Assembly: GCA_963724395.1 (NCBI GenBank)
Contig: CAVRUK010000006.1
Span: 2,516,319 to 2,580,318, forward strand
DNA length: 64,000 bases
Origin: an uncultured delta proteobacterium
Lineage (GTDB): Bacteria; Desulfobacterota; Binatia; Binatales; Binataceae
Reading direction: 5' to 3'
Shown: piece by piece, positions 20,013 to 31,068 of the stretch
Position numbering within the stretch: the stretch's first letter is position 1
Layout: every line of letters begins with the position of its first letter
Program-made: the position numbers and the translations under genes
The notes under the pieces: model-generated
Seen by the model: the letters and a program-made list of their open reading frames with translations, nothing else
Told to the model about the DNA's origin: nothing
The model's database searches: none

Positions 20013-20099
20013 TGTCATTCTGAGCGAAGCGAAGAATCCCGGAGTGCGGTGCCCGCCTCCGCATTGCGCCGGTATTCTTCGCTGCGCTCAGAATGACAC
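20013..20099. repeat. large inverted repeat (26 bp arms, 1 mismatch, 35 nt spacer) in a divergent promoter region
   Basis: gtgtcattctgagcgaagcgaagaat ... attcttcgctgcgctcagaatgacac. Confidence 0.8.
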
Positions 20100-20120
20100 G
20101 GAGCGAGGCGCGGAAGTCCT

Positions 20121-20975
20121 ATGAAGCTCATTCTCAGCCGTAAAGGATTCGACTCCACCAAGGCGAATGGCGGATGCCCCAGCCCAATCATGGATGACCG
20201 CCTATGCTCGCTTCCCATTCCAGATCCCGGATCTCCGACGACCTACGCGGAGATCTGTCCATTCAACGGCTCGTCAATCGCGCAGATCATCGAAGATCTG
20301 ACCCACGGCCGATTAAAGGGAAACAACCGCGCCCATCTGGATCCAGATCTGCGCAGCGATGCGATTACGCGCGCCGTAGGATGGCGTCCGATCTTCGGCC
20401 AGGCCGCGGCCGCGCAGGGTCATCTCAAGAAGCAAGGGATCTCTGCTGGCGACTTGTTTCTTTTCTTCGGATATTTTCGGCGCGCCGAGAAAATCGGAGG
20501 TGAGTTCCGCTTCGTCCGCGGCGAGCGGACGCTTCATGTAATCTTTGGATGGCTCCAAGTCGGGTGCGTGGAACCAGCTACCGATACCGTTGCCGCAGAG
20601 AAGCCTTGGGCTCAAAGACATCCGCATCTCGCGGCACCATGGCGATACACAAACAATACCCTTTATTTCGCAAGCGACCGTCTGTCTTCTATTGGCCTCA
20701 TGACGAGCGGCGCCGGCATCTTCGACCAGATTCGACCAGAGCTGATACTCACCGAGACCGGCTCGAATTGTTCGGTTTGGCAGTTGCCGCGATGGTTCCA
20801 GCCGGCTGGGCGCACTCCCCTCACTTATCACGGCAACCCGGCGCGATGGACAGACTGCGGAGGCTCGACTCGCCTGCAGTCCGTCGGCAAAGGACAGGAA
20901 TTCGTGCTCGACGTCGAGCAGTATCCACAAGCGCGGGCGTGGGTGCGATCGATCTTCCGCGCCGCCGCTCGCTAG
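20121..20975 (+). CDS. conserved hypothetical protein
   Basis: 284 aa ORF (MKLILSRKGFDS...) with clear coding character. No motif I can assign. Its 3' end overlaps the convergent kinase-like gene by 4 bp. Confidence 0.55.
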   Translation: MKLILSRKGFDSTKANGGCPSPIMDDRLCSLPIPDPGSPTTYAEICPFNGSSIAQIIEDLTHGRLKGNNRAHLDPDLRSDAITRAVGWRPIFGQAAAAQGHLKKQGISAGDLFLFFGYFRRAEKIGGEFRFVRGERTLHVIFGWLQVGCVEPATDTVAAEKPWAQRHPHLAAPWRYTNNTLYFASDRLSSIGLMTSGAGIFDQIRPELILTETGSNCSVWQLPRWFQPAGRTPLTYHGNPARWTDCGGSTRLQSVGKGQEFVLDVEQYPQARAWVRSIFRAAAR

Positions 20976-22033
20976 CGACTCGACGCAGAGTTGCACACCG
21001 ACCACGCCGCTTCGGCAAGCGCGGGCACCCGCTCCTTGCTGCCGGCGAACAGCGGATCGTCGGCCTGTCCGAGCACGAATCGCGCGTAGCTGCCCTCCAT
21101 GATGATCGCGAGCTTGTACAGCGCGAACGCCTGGTAGAACGGGAAATCGCGCATCGCGCGCCCGGTGCTGCGCTCGTATCGATCGATCATCTCGCGGCGC
21201 GTCAGCCATCCCGGGGCAGCGTTCATGCTGGCGATCACGCCGCCCGACGCGCGATCGGTCGGGTCGGGCCAGTAGGTCAGCATCCAGCCGAAATCCGCGA
21301 GCGGATCGCCGATGGTGGACATCTCCCAATCCAGCACGGCGATCGCGCGTGCGCTTTGGGGATCGAACATCACGTTGTCGAGCTTGTAGTCGCCGTGGAC
21401 AATCGTCGGGGCCGGCGAATTGGGGATCCGCGCGCGCAGCCACTGTTTGACGTTCTCCATCACGGGCAGCGGGCGCGTGTGCGGAATGGTGCGCTCGAGC
21501 TGGTCGGTCCATCGCTTGAGCTGGCGTTCGAGATAGCCGTCGGGCCGTCCGAAACCCTCGAGGCCGGCCGCGCGCCAGTCGACTTCCTGGAGCGCGACGA
21601 GCACATCGACCATCTGCTCGCTGACCCGTCGGCGCAACTCCGGTGTTTGTGCGAAGTGTTTGTTGTCGGCTCGCACGACGTCGCCGCGCATGTACTCCAT
21701 CAGGTAGAACGGCGCGCCGATGTACGACGGATCGTCGCACGCCGCGTACACGCGCGGCACCGGCACGGCGGTGTCCTGCAAAGCTTTGAGCACGCGATAT
21801 TCGCGCATCACGTCGTGCGCGGTCGGGAGCAGCGGCCCACGCGGCGGGCGTCGCAGCGCCCATGAATTGCCGTCGAAATGAACCAGGTGAACCTCGTTGG
21901 AATGGCCGAACGAGATATTTTCGGATCGAAGCGCGCCGGTGTCGCCGAGCTTGCGCTCATCGAGGAACCGCTTCAGGCCGGCGATATCCACGGTGGCCGA
22001 TGGTCCGGTTTTTTCCTGCGTCGAGGTACTCAT
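20972..22033 (-). CDS. phosphotransferase-enzyme-family protein (APH/choline-kinase-like kinase fold)
   Basis: 353 aa. Brenner motif HGDYKLDNVMF and DWE...GDP, typical of the APH-like phosphotransferase family. Confidence 0.75.
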   Translation of the reverse strand: MSTSTQEKTGPSATVDIAGLKRFLDERKLGDTGALRSENISFGHSNEVHLVHFDGNSWALRRPPRGPLLPTAHDVMREYRVLKALQDTAVPVPRVYAACDDPSYIGAPFYLMEYMRGDVVRADNKHFAQTPELRRRVSEQMVDVLVALQEVDWRAAGLEGFGRPDGYLERQLKRWTDQLERTIPHTRPLPVMENVKQWLRARIPNSPAPTIVHGDYKLDNVMFDPQSARAIAVLDWEMSTIGDPLADFGWMLTYWPDPTDRASGGVIASMNAAPGWLTRREMIDRYERSTGRAMRDFPFYQAFALYKLAIIMEGSYARFVLGQADDPLFAGSKERVPALAEAAWSVCNSASSR

Positions 22034-22175
22034 CGAGCGTATTGCTTTCGCAAACGTGGCTCGCGGTCAAGTGTCACCGCATCTTGCGACCGCAAAGCGC
22101 GGGCCTATACAAAGAAGTGCAGTGAACGCGGCGACGAAGTTGAACGAGATCCAAGGCGGCGGCCAGGTTGGGGCG

Positions 22176-23033
22176 ATGATCCGGCTGGCGCGGCCCCATC
22201 AGTGGGTCAAGAACGCGCTGGTGTTGGCGGCTTTGGTGTTCGGCCAGCGGCTGTTCGTTTTCCACGATGTCGTCCTCGCGGCGATCGCATTCATCGCGTT
22301 TTGCGCGCTTGCGAGCGCCGGTTACGTTCTGAACGACATCGCGGACCGTGACGCGGATCGGCTGAATCCCGAAAAATGCGACCGCCCCCTGGCGCGCGGC
22401 GATCTCACGGTCGCCGCGGCGACCAGGGAAGCGCTCGCGCTGGCTGCGATTGCGGGCGTGTTGAGCGTCATATTGGGCCCGGAATTCCTGGGAATCGCGG
22501 TGCTATACGCCGCGCTTCAGTTTGTATATTCGCTATGGGCCAAGCATCAGGTAATCGTCGACGTAATCGCGGTGGCGATTGGCTTCGTATTGCGCGCATT
22601 CGCAGGCGGCGTCGCGATCCACGTCGAAGTATCGCCGTGGCTGGTCTTCATCACGTTCGTGCTGGCGCTGTTCCTGGTGCTCGCGCGCCGACGCCATGAA
22701 CTGATTGCGCTGGGCGACGACGCCATCGCGCATCGCAGCGCACTCTCGCAATACAGCGTCCGGCTGGTCGATCAGATGATCTCAATCGTCGCCGGCGCGA
22801 CGCTCGTCAGCTACATGATTTACACTGCGTCGACCGAGGTCGAAGCGAAGCTCGGAACTCCTCATCTGTATCTGACGGTGCCCTTCGTCGCGTTCGGAAT
22901 CCTGCGGTATCTGTACCTTATCGATGAGCGCAACGAAGGCGGCGACCCGGCCAGGATACTGCTGCAGGATCGGCCGATGATGCTCGCTGTGGCCCTATGG
23001 ATCCTGACCGATATCGCGTTGCTGTACTTCTAG
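22176..23033 (+). CDS. UbiA-family prenyltransferase, decaprenyl-phosphate phosphoribosyltransferase-like
   Basis: Asp-rich motif LNDIADRDADRLNPEKCDRPLARG and about eight transmembrane helices. Start moved to the internal ATG so the gene does not overlap the divergent kinase-like gene. Confidence 0.7.
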   Translation: MIRLARPHQWVKNALVLAALVFGQRLFVFHDVVLAAIAFIAFCALASAGYVLNDIADRDADRLNPEKCDRPLARGDLTVAAATREALALAAIAGVLSVILGPEFLGIAVLYAALQFVYSLWAKHQVIVDVIAVAIGFVLRAFAGGVAIHVEVSPWLVFITFVLALFLVLARRRHELIALGDDAIAHRSALSQYSVRLVDQMISIVAGATLVSYMIYTASTEVEAKLGTPHLYLTVPFVAFGILRYLYLIDERNEGGDPARILLQDRPMMLAVALWILTDIALLYF

Positions 23034-23057
23034 GAAATCGCCGATACAGGATTCAAA

Positions 23058-24296
23058 GTGGAAATTCCCGCTCAGCGGCGGCTTCCGATTGCCTGGGCTT
23101 TAGCGGCGATCCTCGCGCTCGTCGCGGCGATCATGCTCGCGCAGCGGCTGCACGCGATCTCGCATCGCTACGACCAGTTCGATTTCAGCGTCTTTCACGG
23201 CTGGTGGACCGATTATTCGAGCGGCGGCAACCCGTGGAGGGACCAGAGCGGACCGATGCGCGGTTGCAACTACACGCCGGCTTTCGTCGAGATATTTTCA
23301 CCACTCGGGCGGCTCGATCAGAAGACCGCGTTCTGGATCTGGCAGGCGGGACAACTCTTGTGCCTGGCTGCCGCCGTGCTGTTGCTGACACGCGGAAACG
23401 ATCCGCCAATTGGAGCCGCGCCGACGACAATCGTGCTTTCATTGGTACTGCTATCGCGCCCGTTCGTGGGCGCGCTGGTATGGAGCCAGGTCGCGCCGAT
23501 GCTGCTGGCGCTGCTGGCCGGGGCATGGTTCTGCGCGCAGCGGGAACGGCCGCTGGCGGCGGGACTATGCCTTGCGCTCGCGGCGTTGCTCAAGCTTTTT
23601 CCAGCAGGAGCGGCGGGATATTTTTTGTTTGGCCGCCGCTGGCGTGCGCTCGGATGGACGATCGGGCTTTTCGCCGCCGGCGTACTACTGACGAATCCCT
23701 CTCGCTGGATCGAGCTTGCGACGCAGGGAGTGCATATCTCGTTTCACGTCAAAGGAGGGAGCGGCGGGCTGACTGTGCTCCCTTTTGTGCGAAGGAGCGT
23801 GGCGTACTTCGCCGGATCTACGATTGCGACGGAGCCGCTCCTCGCAGTCTGGGGACTCACCGCGCTGATCGACTTTGCGCTGCTCGCAATCGCGGCTGCG
23901 GCCACGATAGTAGGCCGCAGCCGCGCCGATCTCGACGGTCTCCTGTTCGGGATGTGGATCGCGCTTGCGCTCCTGATGTCGCCGCTTGGGTGGGAACAGG
24001 ACACGCTGCTGCTGATACCCTGCTACCTGTTCGGGCTGCTCGCGGCGTGGCAGGGCTTCGAACTCCGCGAAGCGGGCGGGAACATCGCGTTGATTGCGGG
24101 CGGCGCGATGCTCGCGATGTGCATCGTAAGCGCGCTTATCAAGGCTGTGCCGCATCCGGGATTTCCGATCCTGCTGGCGGCATACCTGGGCGCCGCGTTG
24201 ATCTTGCGAGCGCGGATGCGCTCGCAACCGGCGCGCGAGACGCTCGCGATGCTCGGTCAGGATGAGCGCGAGACGCGCACGGAACCTAACGCCTAA
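23058..24296 (+). CDS. polytopic membrane protein, GT-C-like glycosyltransferase (DUF2029/GT87-like)
   Basis: 412 aa with more than ten transmembrane helices. Immediately downstream of the UbiA-family gene. GTG start. Confidence 0.5.
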   Translation: MEIPAQRRLPIAWALAAILALVAAIMLAQRLHAISHRYDQFDFSVFHGWWTDYSSGGNPWRDQSGPMRGCNYTPAFVEIFSPLGRLDQKTAFWIWQAGQLLCLAAAVLLLTRGNDPPIGAAPTTIVLSLVLLSRPFVGALVWSQVAPMLLALLAGAWFCAQRERPLAAGLCLALAALLKLFPAGAAGYFLFGRRWRALGWTIGLFAAGVLLTNPSRWIELATQGVHISFHVKGGSGGLTVLPFVRRSVAYFAGSTIATEPLLAVWGLTALIDFALLAIAAAATIVGRSRADLDGLLFGMWIALALLMSPLGWEQDTLLLIPCYLFGLLAAWQGFELREAGGNIALIAGGAMLAMCIVSALIKAVPHPGFPILLAAYLGAALILRARMRSQPARETLAMLGQDERETRTEPNA

Positions 24297-24400
24297 CCCC
24301 TTCCCTCACTCCAGGCGCGGACGCCGTTCCCTCTCCCGCGGAGCGGGCGAAGGTAATTTGGTACTGCAGCCGGTACATAGAGGGGAAGGGGAACCGGTCT
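24284..24400. repeat. REP-like elements (inverted orientation: CCTAACGCCTAACCCCTTCCC..., plus related GGGAAGGGG hairpins)
   Basis: Reverse-complement match to the 4335/4487/4681 repeat family. Overlaps the 3' end of the preceding CDS. Confidence 0.7.
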
Positions 24401-24477
24401 TTTAAGGGTCGCGCGATTCAGGGAACCTTTACGCGTTGCTTGCTTCGGTGGGGATGACGGAGGGCGCGAAGCGCGCA

Positions 24478-27046
24478 CTAGTAACTTGGCAGGACTCCGG
24501 TTGGGGAGCCGACCAGACCCTGTCGCTGGAAGGGATTGGTTCCAAACGGACTCCGGCCAAACGAGCCTAGACCGCCGAGCGTCAACTGGAACTGGAGCTG
24601 TACTTCATTGGGATTGAACGAATCGTTGATTCCGAGATCCGCCGCCCAACAATCGCATGGCGATTTCAGCCTTACGCCATATTCCATGTTCAGGATTTGA
24701 TTCTGCGCGATATTGTAGCTGGGCGAAAAGTAAACGCCCATGCGGTCGAATACCTGGGTGTACATTTGTCCCGAGATGAACTCCGCGGCGTTTTTGTTGG
24801 TCCCGGGAATGACAGTGTCGCGACGATTGGCGTAGTTGAATCCCAACGAGAAGAACGAGCCTTGCAGCGCCTTGCCCATATATAGGTTCGATCCTTGCAT
24901 CGCCCACGGCGGCTGATACGCCAACGTCGCGTCGGCCAGCGTGACTCCGGCGTGGGATCGCGGACTGAAGTCGACCTGCGAACTGAAGGTTGCAACCCGG
25001 CTCGCAAAAATGTGCAGCAGCGCCTCGACATCCGACATATCCGATCCGTTGGCGACCGTGTGCCCGATGTCGTAAGCCTGCTGTACCGTCAACGAGCCGA
25101 TTTCCTGGGAATGCTCGCCGTTTCGCACGATATTTCCGCCGTTCGGCACCAACGTATCCGCGATCGGTTCTTCGTGGAGCGGTCCAACGGCCGAATCGCT
25201 GTCGGGTGAGCCTTCGCCCTCGGTCAGAGTCGCGTCGGTGTTCGTGTCCTCCTCAGGCGTTTCCTTGGTCTTGGCGAAGAGGCGGGTGGTGACGCCATAA
25301 CCGACCAGACTGCGCGAGTTCAGGCGATCGAACGAATCGAAGAGCGGCATGTTGCCCTGGTAGATATTCGGCACGTAGTAGTAGGTGGCGAAAGGCTCGA
25401 TGGTATTTTTAAGCTTCTCGATCGTCTTCCACTTGAAATCGTAGACGCGATCGAGGACCGTCGAGATTCCGGCCTTTGCGTATGGGATGAGTCTTCCGCT
25501 GGTTCCTGGGGTACTGTCGGGGTTCAGCGCGACACAATTGTTGAAAATGAGCGGAACACCGCCCCGGCTGGGGCAAGTGGGCTTGCCGACAGGAGGTGTT
25601 GATCCAACTGGAAAGATCTTCAGGCTTTCATTGGCGGTGTCGTAGAAGGCGGCTTGCGAACCCACCTCGCCGTAACCATTGACGTAGTCACCCCATCGCC
25701 ACGGCAGCGTGATGCGCGGATTGGCGTCGAGGCGCAAGCCGTCGATGCCCTGATAGCGGTAGAAGTTCACCGCCTCGGCGTCGTAATCCGCGAACATCAG
25801 GTTGTTGAATAGCTCCTGGCGTCCGGTCACGGTCCCATCCGGCAGCCGCTGCAAGGCAAAGTCCTGCGGCTGAATCAGATCCTGATTCCAGATGCCCTGC
25901 ACCCGCACGAACGCGTTTTCGAATTGATCGAGCAACCCGAAGTCCGACTGCGCATTTCGCAGCGAGTCTGAAGTTGCCGCCAAAGCCGCGCGACAGCGTC
26001 CATACATCCATCTCGCGCAGGTACAGGCTGTCGCTGACGGAATTTGCGTCGCCGTATGCGATCAGATCGTCGGTTATATGCTGCCGCCCCATCGCGATAA
26101 TCCCGTAGCGGTCCACCGGGATGTGCGGATCGGCGATTTGCGTGTCGGTGATGTCGCCGATGCGATTCGCTTCCGACCGGATCGACTCGTCGTAAAACCC
26201 GCCGTCCACCACCAGGTAATCGTCCTTGCCGGCGGTCAGCCGATACTCGGCCATACCGCCGATTCGCTGCCGGGTCTCGACGTCGAAGGCGAAGGTCGCA
26301 TCGGAACTTTTGTTGATCACGAGGTAGTACGGCTGAAACCATTGAAACCCGCGCAGACCCGATTCACCCTCGCGCCCGCTCAGCAGGCCGCTGTGCCGCG
26401 AAGAATCGGCGGGGAAGGGCAAGTACGGCGTGGGAATCACCGGATAGCCGGCGACGTTGAAGGTGGCGTTGGTGGCATGGCCGGTCTGCCCCATGTTCAC
26501 CACCATCTGCTTGGCGTTTATCGACCACGACGGCGTGCCCTTCTCGCATCCGCAAGTCGTAAAGAAGCCGTCCTTCACCTCGTAGGTCTGGCCCTCGAGC
26601 TTGGTGATCTGCTTGCCTTCAAGATGGTAGATGTCTTTCTTCGCCAGGATCTTGGCGTTGTAAAGCACCATCGTCTCATTGGTAATGTCGATCGTCCCCT
26701 TGGTCGCCCACATTTCGACTTCCGGATCGATCAGGTGAACGTGGCCGATCGCGGTCGCCTTGCGGTCGCGGCGCATGATGTCGATTTCGTCGGCCTTCAG
26801 TACGGTGCCGCCCTGGGTCATGACGGCGTCGCCCTTCACCACGAAGGTGTCGGTCTTCGAATCGTAGATGGTTTCCTGGCCGGTGACGGTGACCGGTTCT
26901 CCATGTTCGGTTTTGACCGGGGTGGGAACTTGAAATCCTTTCTTTTTTGCCGGCTGGGCGGCCGCAATGGAAATAGCCGGCGAGAGGATCGCGGCCAAGA
27001 CCGCGATCGCGATCGACTTAAGCGCCAGCTTCAGGAAATAACCCAA
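24478..27046 (-). pseudogene. lptD: LPS-assembly outer membrane protein LptD (OstA), split by a frameshift
   Basis: ORF 25688..27112 carries the signal peptide and the OstA N-domain. ORF 24478..26007 carries the OstA_C beta-barrel. The two frames overlap at about 25690-26007. The combined length is about 855 aa, which is typical for LptD. Confidence 0.7.
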
Positions 27047-28334
27047 CTCGCCCCTCGCGGCTGAGAAAATACGGGTAAACTTCGCCGATAAGATACACGG
27101 ATCCCGTCGCAAGCGCCACGTCGTCGGGGCCCAATTCAGAAATCACCCGCTCGATCGCGTCGATTGGGTCGCGCTCGACGCGCGCGGGACAATGCGCCGC
27201 GAAATGCGCGACCAACTCCTCCGGCTCGAGCGGGCTCTTGGGCTTGGCTCGCGTCAACGTGACGTCGCGCACGCGCGGACCGAGCATCGCGGCCATCGTG
27301 GGCCATTCCTTGGCCGACTGGCATCCGAATATCAGACGCGGTTTGACGGCGGGACCAAGCTCGACGCTCATCGTCTCGAGCAGCGCCGCAATACTCATCT
27401 CGTTGTGCGCGCAATCGAGGATAACCAGTGGCCGCTTCGATACGACGTCGAAGCGCCCCGGCCAGTAGATGTCGCGCAGTCCCTGCCGGATGGCGTCCTC
27501 GTGGATTCGCCAACCCTGCGCCCGTAGCGCTTCGAGGGTGGCGACCGCAATCGCGGCGTTCTCATGCTGAAACGGACCCGCGAGTCCAAGCTCGAGGTCG
27601 CGGAGCTCGAGGCCCAGGCCGTGGTAGTCCAAACGATGCGCCGGCGCGTGCGACCGGTACGAAAAATCGCGATCGATCAGGCGCGCCGCGCTTCGGCGCT
27701 GCGCCGCGATCGACGTCAGCACGAGGCGCGCTTCCGGATCGCGCGCGCCGATCACGACCGGGACATCGTTTTTGATTATCCCGCCCTTCTCACCGGAGAT
27801 CGCCGCGATCGTGTAGCCGAGATATTCCATGTGATCGAAACCGATCGGCGTGATCACGCTCAGAATCGGCGTGACGACATTGGTCGAGTCGAGCCGCCCG
27901 CCCAGCCCGGTCTCGACCACAGCGATATCGACGTGCTCCTCCGCGAAGTACAGGAACATCATCGCAACGGTGAACTCGAAAAACGTTAGCGCCATACCCG
28001 CGCGGTCGTAAATCGCTCGCAGCCGGTCGATATAGTCGAGCATCCGCGCCGCCGGAATTTCCGCGCCGGAAATCCGCGTCCGCTCCGCCAAGTTGACAAG
28101 ATGAGGCTTGGTGTAGAGCCCGGTTCGATAGCCCGCTTGCCGGAGGCAACTATCAAGCATCGCGGCCACCGAGCCCTTACCCTTGGTTCCCGCAATATGC
28201 ACCGCCTGAATTCGCCGATGCGGATTGCCAATAACCTCGAGCGCAGCCTCCATCCGCTCGAGCTTGTAAATCTCCCCCCGCGCCTCCAGCGAATAGAGCC
28301 ACTCAATAGTCTTGGAGAGTTGGTCCATAACCAA
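27018..28334 (-). CDS. folC: bifunctional folylpolyglutamate synthase/dihydrofolate synthase
   Basis: Mur-ligase family P-loop GTKGKGS and the FolC-specific central and C-terminal domains. Confidence 0.9.
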   Translation of the reverse strand: MVMDQLSKTIEWLYSLEARGEIYKLERMEAALEVIGNPHRRIQAVHIAGTKGKGSVAAMLDSCLRQAGYRTGLYTKPHLVNLAERTRISGAEIPAARMLDYIDRLRAIYDRAGMALTFFEFTVAMMFLYFAEEHVDIAVVETGLGGRLDSTNVVTPILSVITPIGFDHMEYLGYTIAAISGEKGGIIKNDVPVVIGARDPEARLVLTSIAAQRRSAARLIDRDFSYRSHAPAHRLDYHGLGLELRDLELGLAGPFQHENAAIAVATLEALRAQGWRIHEDAIRQGLRDIYWPGRFDVVSKRPLVILDCAHNEMSIAALLETMSVELGPAVKPRLIFGCQSAKEWPTMAAMLGPRVRDVTLTRAKPKSPLEPEELVAHFAAHCPARVERDPIDAIERVISELGPDDVALATGSVYLIGEVYPYFLSREGRVGLFPEAGA

Positions 28335-28621
28335 CCCGAAGTTTACCGGCTATCAACCAAAGGCGGAAGATTCAACGCCCGCAGGAGATCAGGCATGATC
28401 ACTCGACCGTAGCTCGGCCACTCGTCGAAACATTTGCGCCGTTGAATTTCCATGGGCGCCGCGTAATTCGCAGTACCAGCGCGCAGCGCCGCAACGGAAA
28501 GTTTCGACACCCAGCGCCGAAGTGAAAGGCGCCTGCCGGCTACGCCCGGGTCGAACGATCGCGGGAATCGCTCCGACCCGGGCTTTGTTTCCTTCCTAGA
28601 GATCCTGAGTTTTCGATCTCC

Positions 28622-30653
28622 TTACTCCACTGCTCCCAAATAGCCTAAAAGATCGTAGGGACTTAGTGGGTCGTTTTCCCCGCCCGTTATTATCGTCGAG
28701 TGTTGTGGCGTGAAGTTGCCGTTCGTCGGATCCATGAACTGCGGGTCAACATTGCTGAGGTCCTGCGGCCCGGTAGGATTTCCACTAATGTTGAGGTCGT
28801 CGTTATAGTTCCAGTTCGCAATGCATTGAGTACTTTCGATGTCGATTACACCGCCGTCGAAGATACTCTTCTGAATGTCCAAAGTGATCGGAGCCTGCGA
28901 CACGCTACACTGGCTCGACTCGACGTCACTCAACGTTGTCCCGTAGGTAGTTTCGTTATAGACCTTCAAACTAAGACTGCAACCATCGTTCTGAAACCTC
29001 GATTTACAATAGTTATTAATGCTAGTGTCAGGTTCGGCCTGTACTCCGACTGGGATGCTATAGGCAGTGTTGGCCACCAGAGTAGCGGACGAAGGACCGT
29101 ACTGGTCACCTATAAAGATGCCAATAGCCGAATTCGAGTTGCAATTCGGGCAGGTTGAGACGTTATTCTCAATCAATGCGTTGCTGGTGCTCTCAAGATC
29201 GATCAGATTATGAACGCAGCCTGGACCTACGATGTTTCCGCTTACCACGGGCCCGTTGAAGTCACCCTGGACCGCCAGGCAATTGTGGCCTCCACTGCTG
29301 TTGACTATATTGTTGAGGACCTGAAATCCATCGCCTGCGGTCGTATGATCGTCTTCCATGTTAAGCTGGTTGCGAAAGTTACCGTCATCATAGCCGCCAC
29401 TGCCGCCTGCGTAAGCTCCCGGCCCTGTGTTATGTATGTAATTGTTAGACACGACTATTCCGGGCATTGGGCTGTTGTAGGCAATGAAGGTAATGCCATA
29501 CTGACTCGTGTTCTGACATTCGAATCCAGTAACAGTCACATAGGACACTCGGCCTTGGGTGGATTGGCCGCAGCTGTTATTCGTTTCCTGGTCAGCACAA
29601 ATGCAGTTGTCGATCGCACCGTTGTTGCCGTCTATAATTGGGTAGTTGTTTCCATTGCTTCCGCCGTAGCTTCCAAAAATGATCCGGTTACCCGCCGAAC
29701 CATTAACGTTGTCCAGAGTCAATTCCTCCTGCCACACGTCACCGGCCTTGAATAGAACTTGTTCTCCGGGAGTAAGCGATGACTCGAGGCTGATCACCTT
29801 GGCAATCGTCTTGAGCGGCTGGCTTTGAGTACCCGGGTTAGAGTCATTTCCGGTAGATGACGACACGTACAATGCATTGGAGGCAGTTCCATTGGCTACA
29901 TTTACGGTGACACTACTGCTGCCGATTTGCATTTGATTGGAGTCGTACGCATTCGCTGAAATTGTGTGAGTGCCGTTCGCCACGGTGGTTGAATCCCAGT
30001 TGTACGTTGACGGTGCCGAAGATGCCAGGAGGTTTCCATCGATGTAAAGGTTGATCGATGAGACCGAAGAGCTGATTTGAGTGTCGATCGCCACCGTGCC
30101 CGATACGTTCGCTCCGTTAGAGGGAGAGGTAATCGCGACTACGGAGTCTCCAGGTATAGGTTTCATCCACCACGACGGTATCGCTGGAGTTCTTATACTG
30201 GATTTCCAGCGGCTGGTATGGCGACGGAGGCGTGAAATAATAGGGAGGACTTCCGGAAGTTGACGAAATATAATTTCCGTTCACATAGAAATCCGCCCAG
30301 CCACCCGAGCCTGGTTTCTGGGTGATTGTGATAGTCGGCGTGAAGCTATTCAACGAAATGCTATCGTTGCTCTTAATGGTACCGCTGCTGTCCTTACAGA
30401 CTGTTTCCATTGGCGCAGCGGCGGAGAAAGAGTAAGGCGGGGTCGACATCACATAGTTTCCCACCGGTGCGTAAAACTTACACCAACCTCCGCTCGGTTT
30501 TGTATTGATGGTTATGGTGGTGGTTTGCGCCGCGGCAACGCTTCCCCAAATCATCACGACAGCTATTAGGAGACCTCGAAGGGCATTCTTCACCGCCTTT
30601 CCTCCTTGGGATGTTGTGTGGGGTTGTAAGTGCTCGGCGATGTTGCGACGCAA
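28622..30653 (-). pseudogene. secreted right-handed beta-helix (pectate-lyase-fold) protein with Ig-like N-terminal domains, split by a frameshift
   Basis: ORF 30117..30653 carries the signal peptide and an N-terminal domain. ORF 28622..30166 carries Ig-like and parallel beta-helix repeats (NN.I.N...G). The region is low-GC. Confidence 0.6.
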
Positions 30654-31068
30654 ATTTCATTCCATAGAATCTAGCCTTTCGTTTTCGTCCCGCCCCTTTG
30701 TGTTTTGCGATGAAAAGAATGCTTTGAGCAAGGCCTGGCTACTTCCTCTACAAGCGCGCATCAGTGAGGTGGGCAAGAAAAAAATGCGCAATGCAGGAAA
30801 TATCCGCCACGATGGATAATCGGACTGTTCGGAACGGCGAATGCTATCGTAGCTTGTGATCTTGGCGCTCTCTCGTCTGATTGATTAGTAACACGGTGTC
30901 GACAACCAAATATTATGAAAGAGCGGCTAGATTCTGGTTCAACCCGCCAGAAATCAGGTACAGCCATTTTTCGCCCTCGTGCTTGTAGAATTTGTCGTGA
31001 TGCCGCTATACCTATTTGGAACGATGTACAAAACGTTCCGCTTACAATTTTTCAGAAAGATTCAGTAG

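Noticed and set aside
20313-21865. 438-516 aa ORFs in both strands overlapping the 20121..20975 and kinase-like genes
   Set aside because: Arg-rich shadow ORFs. The phosphotransferase frame carries the HGDxxxxN Brenner motif.
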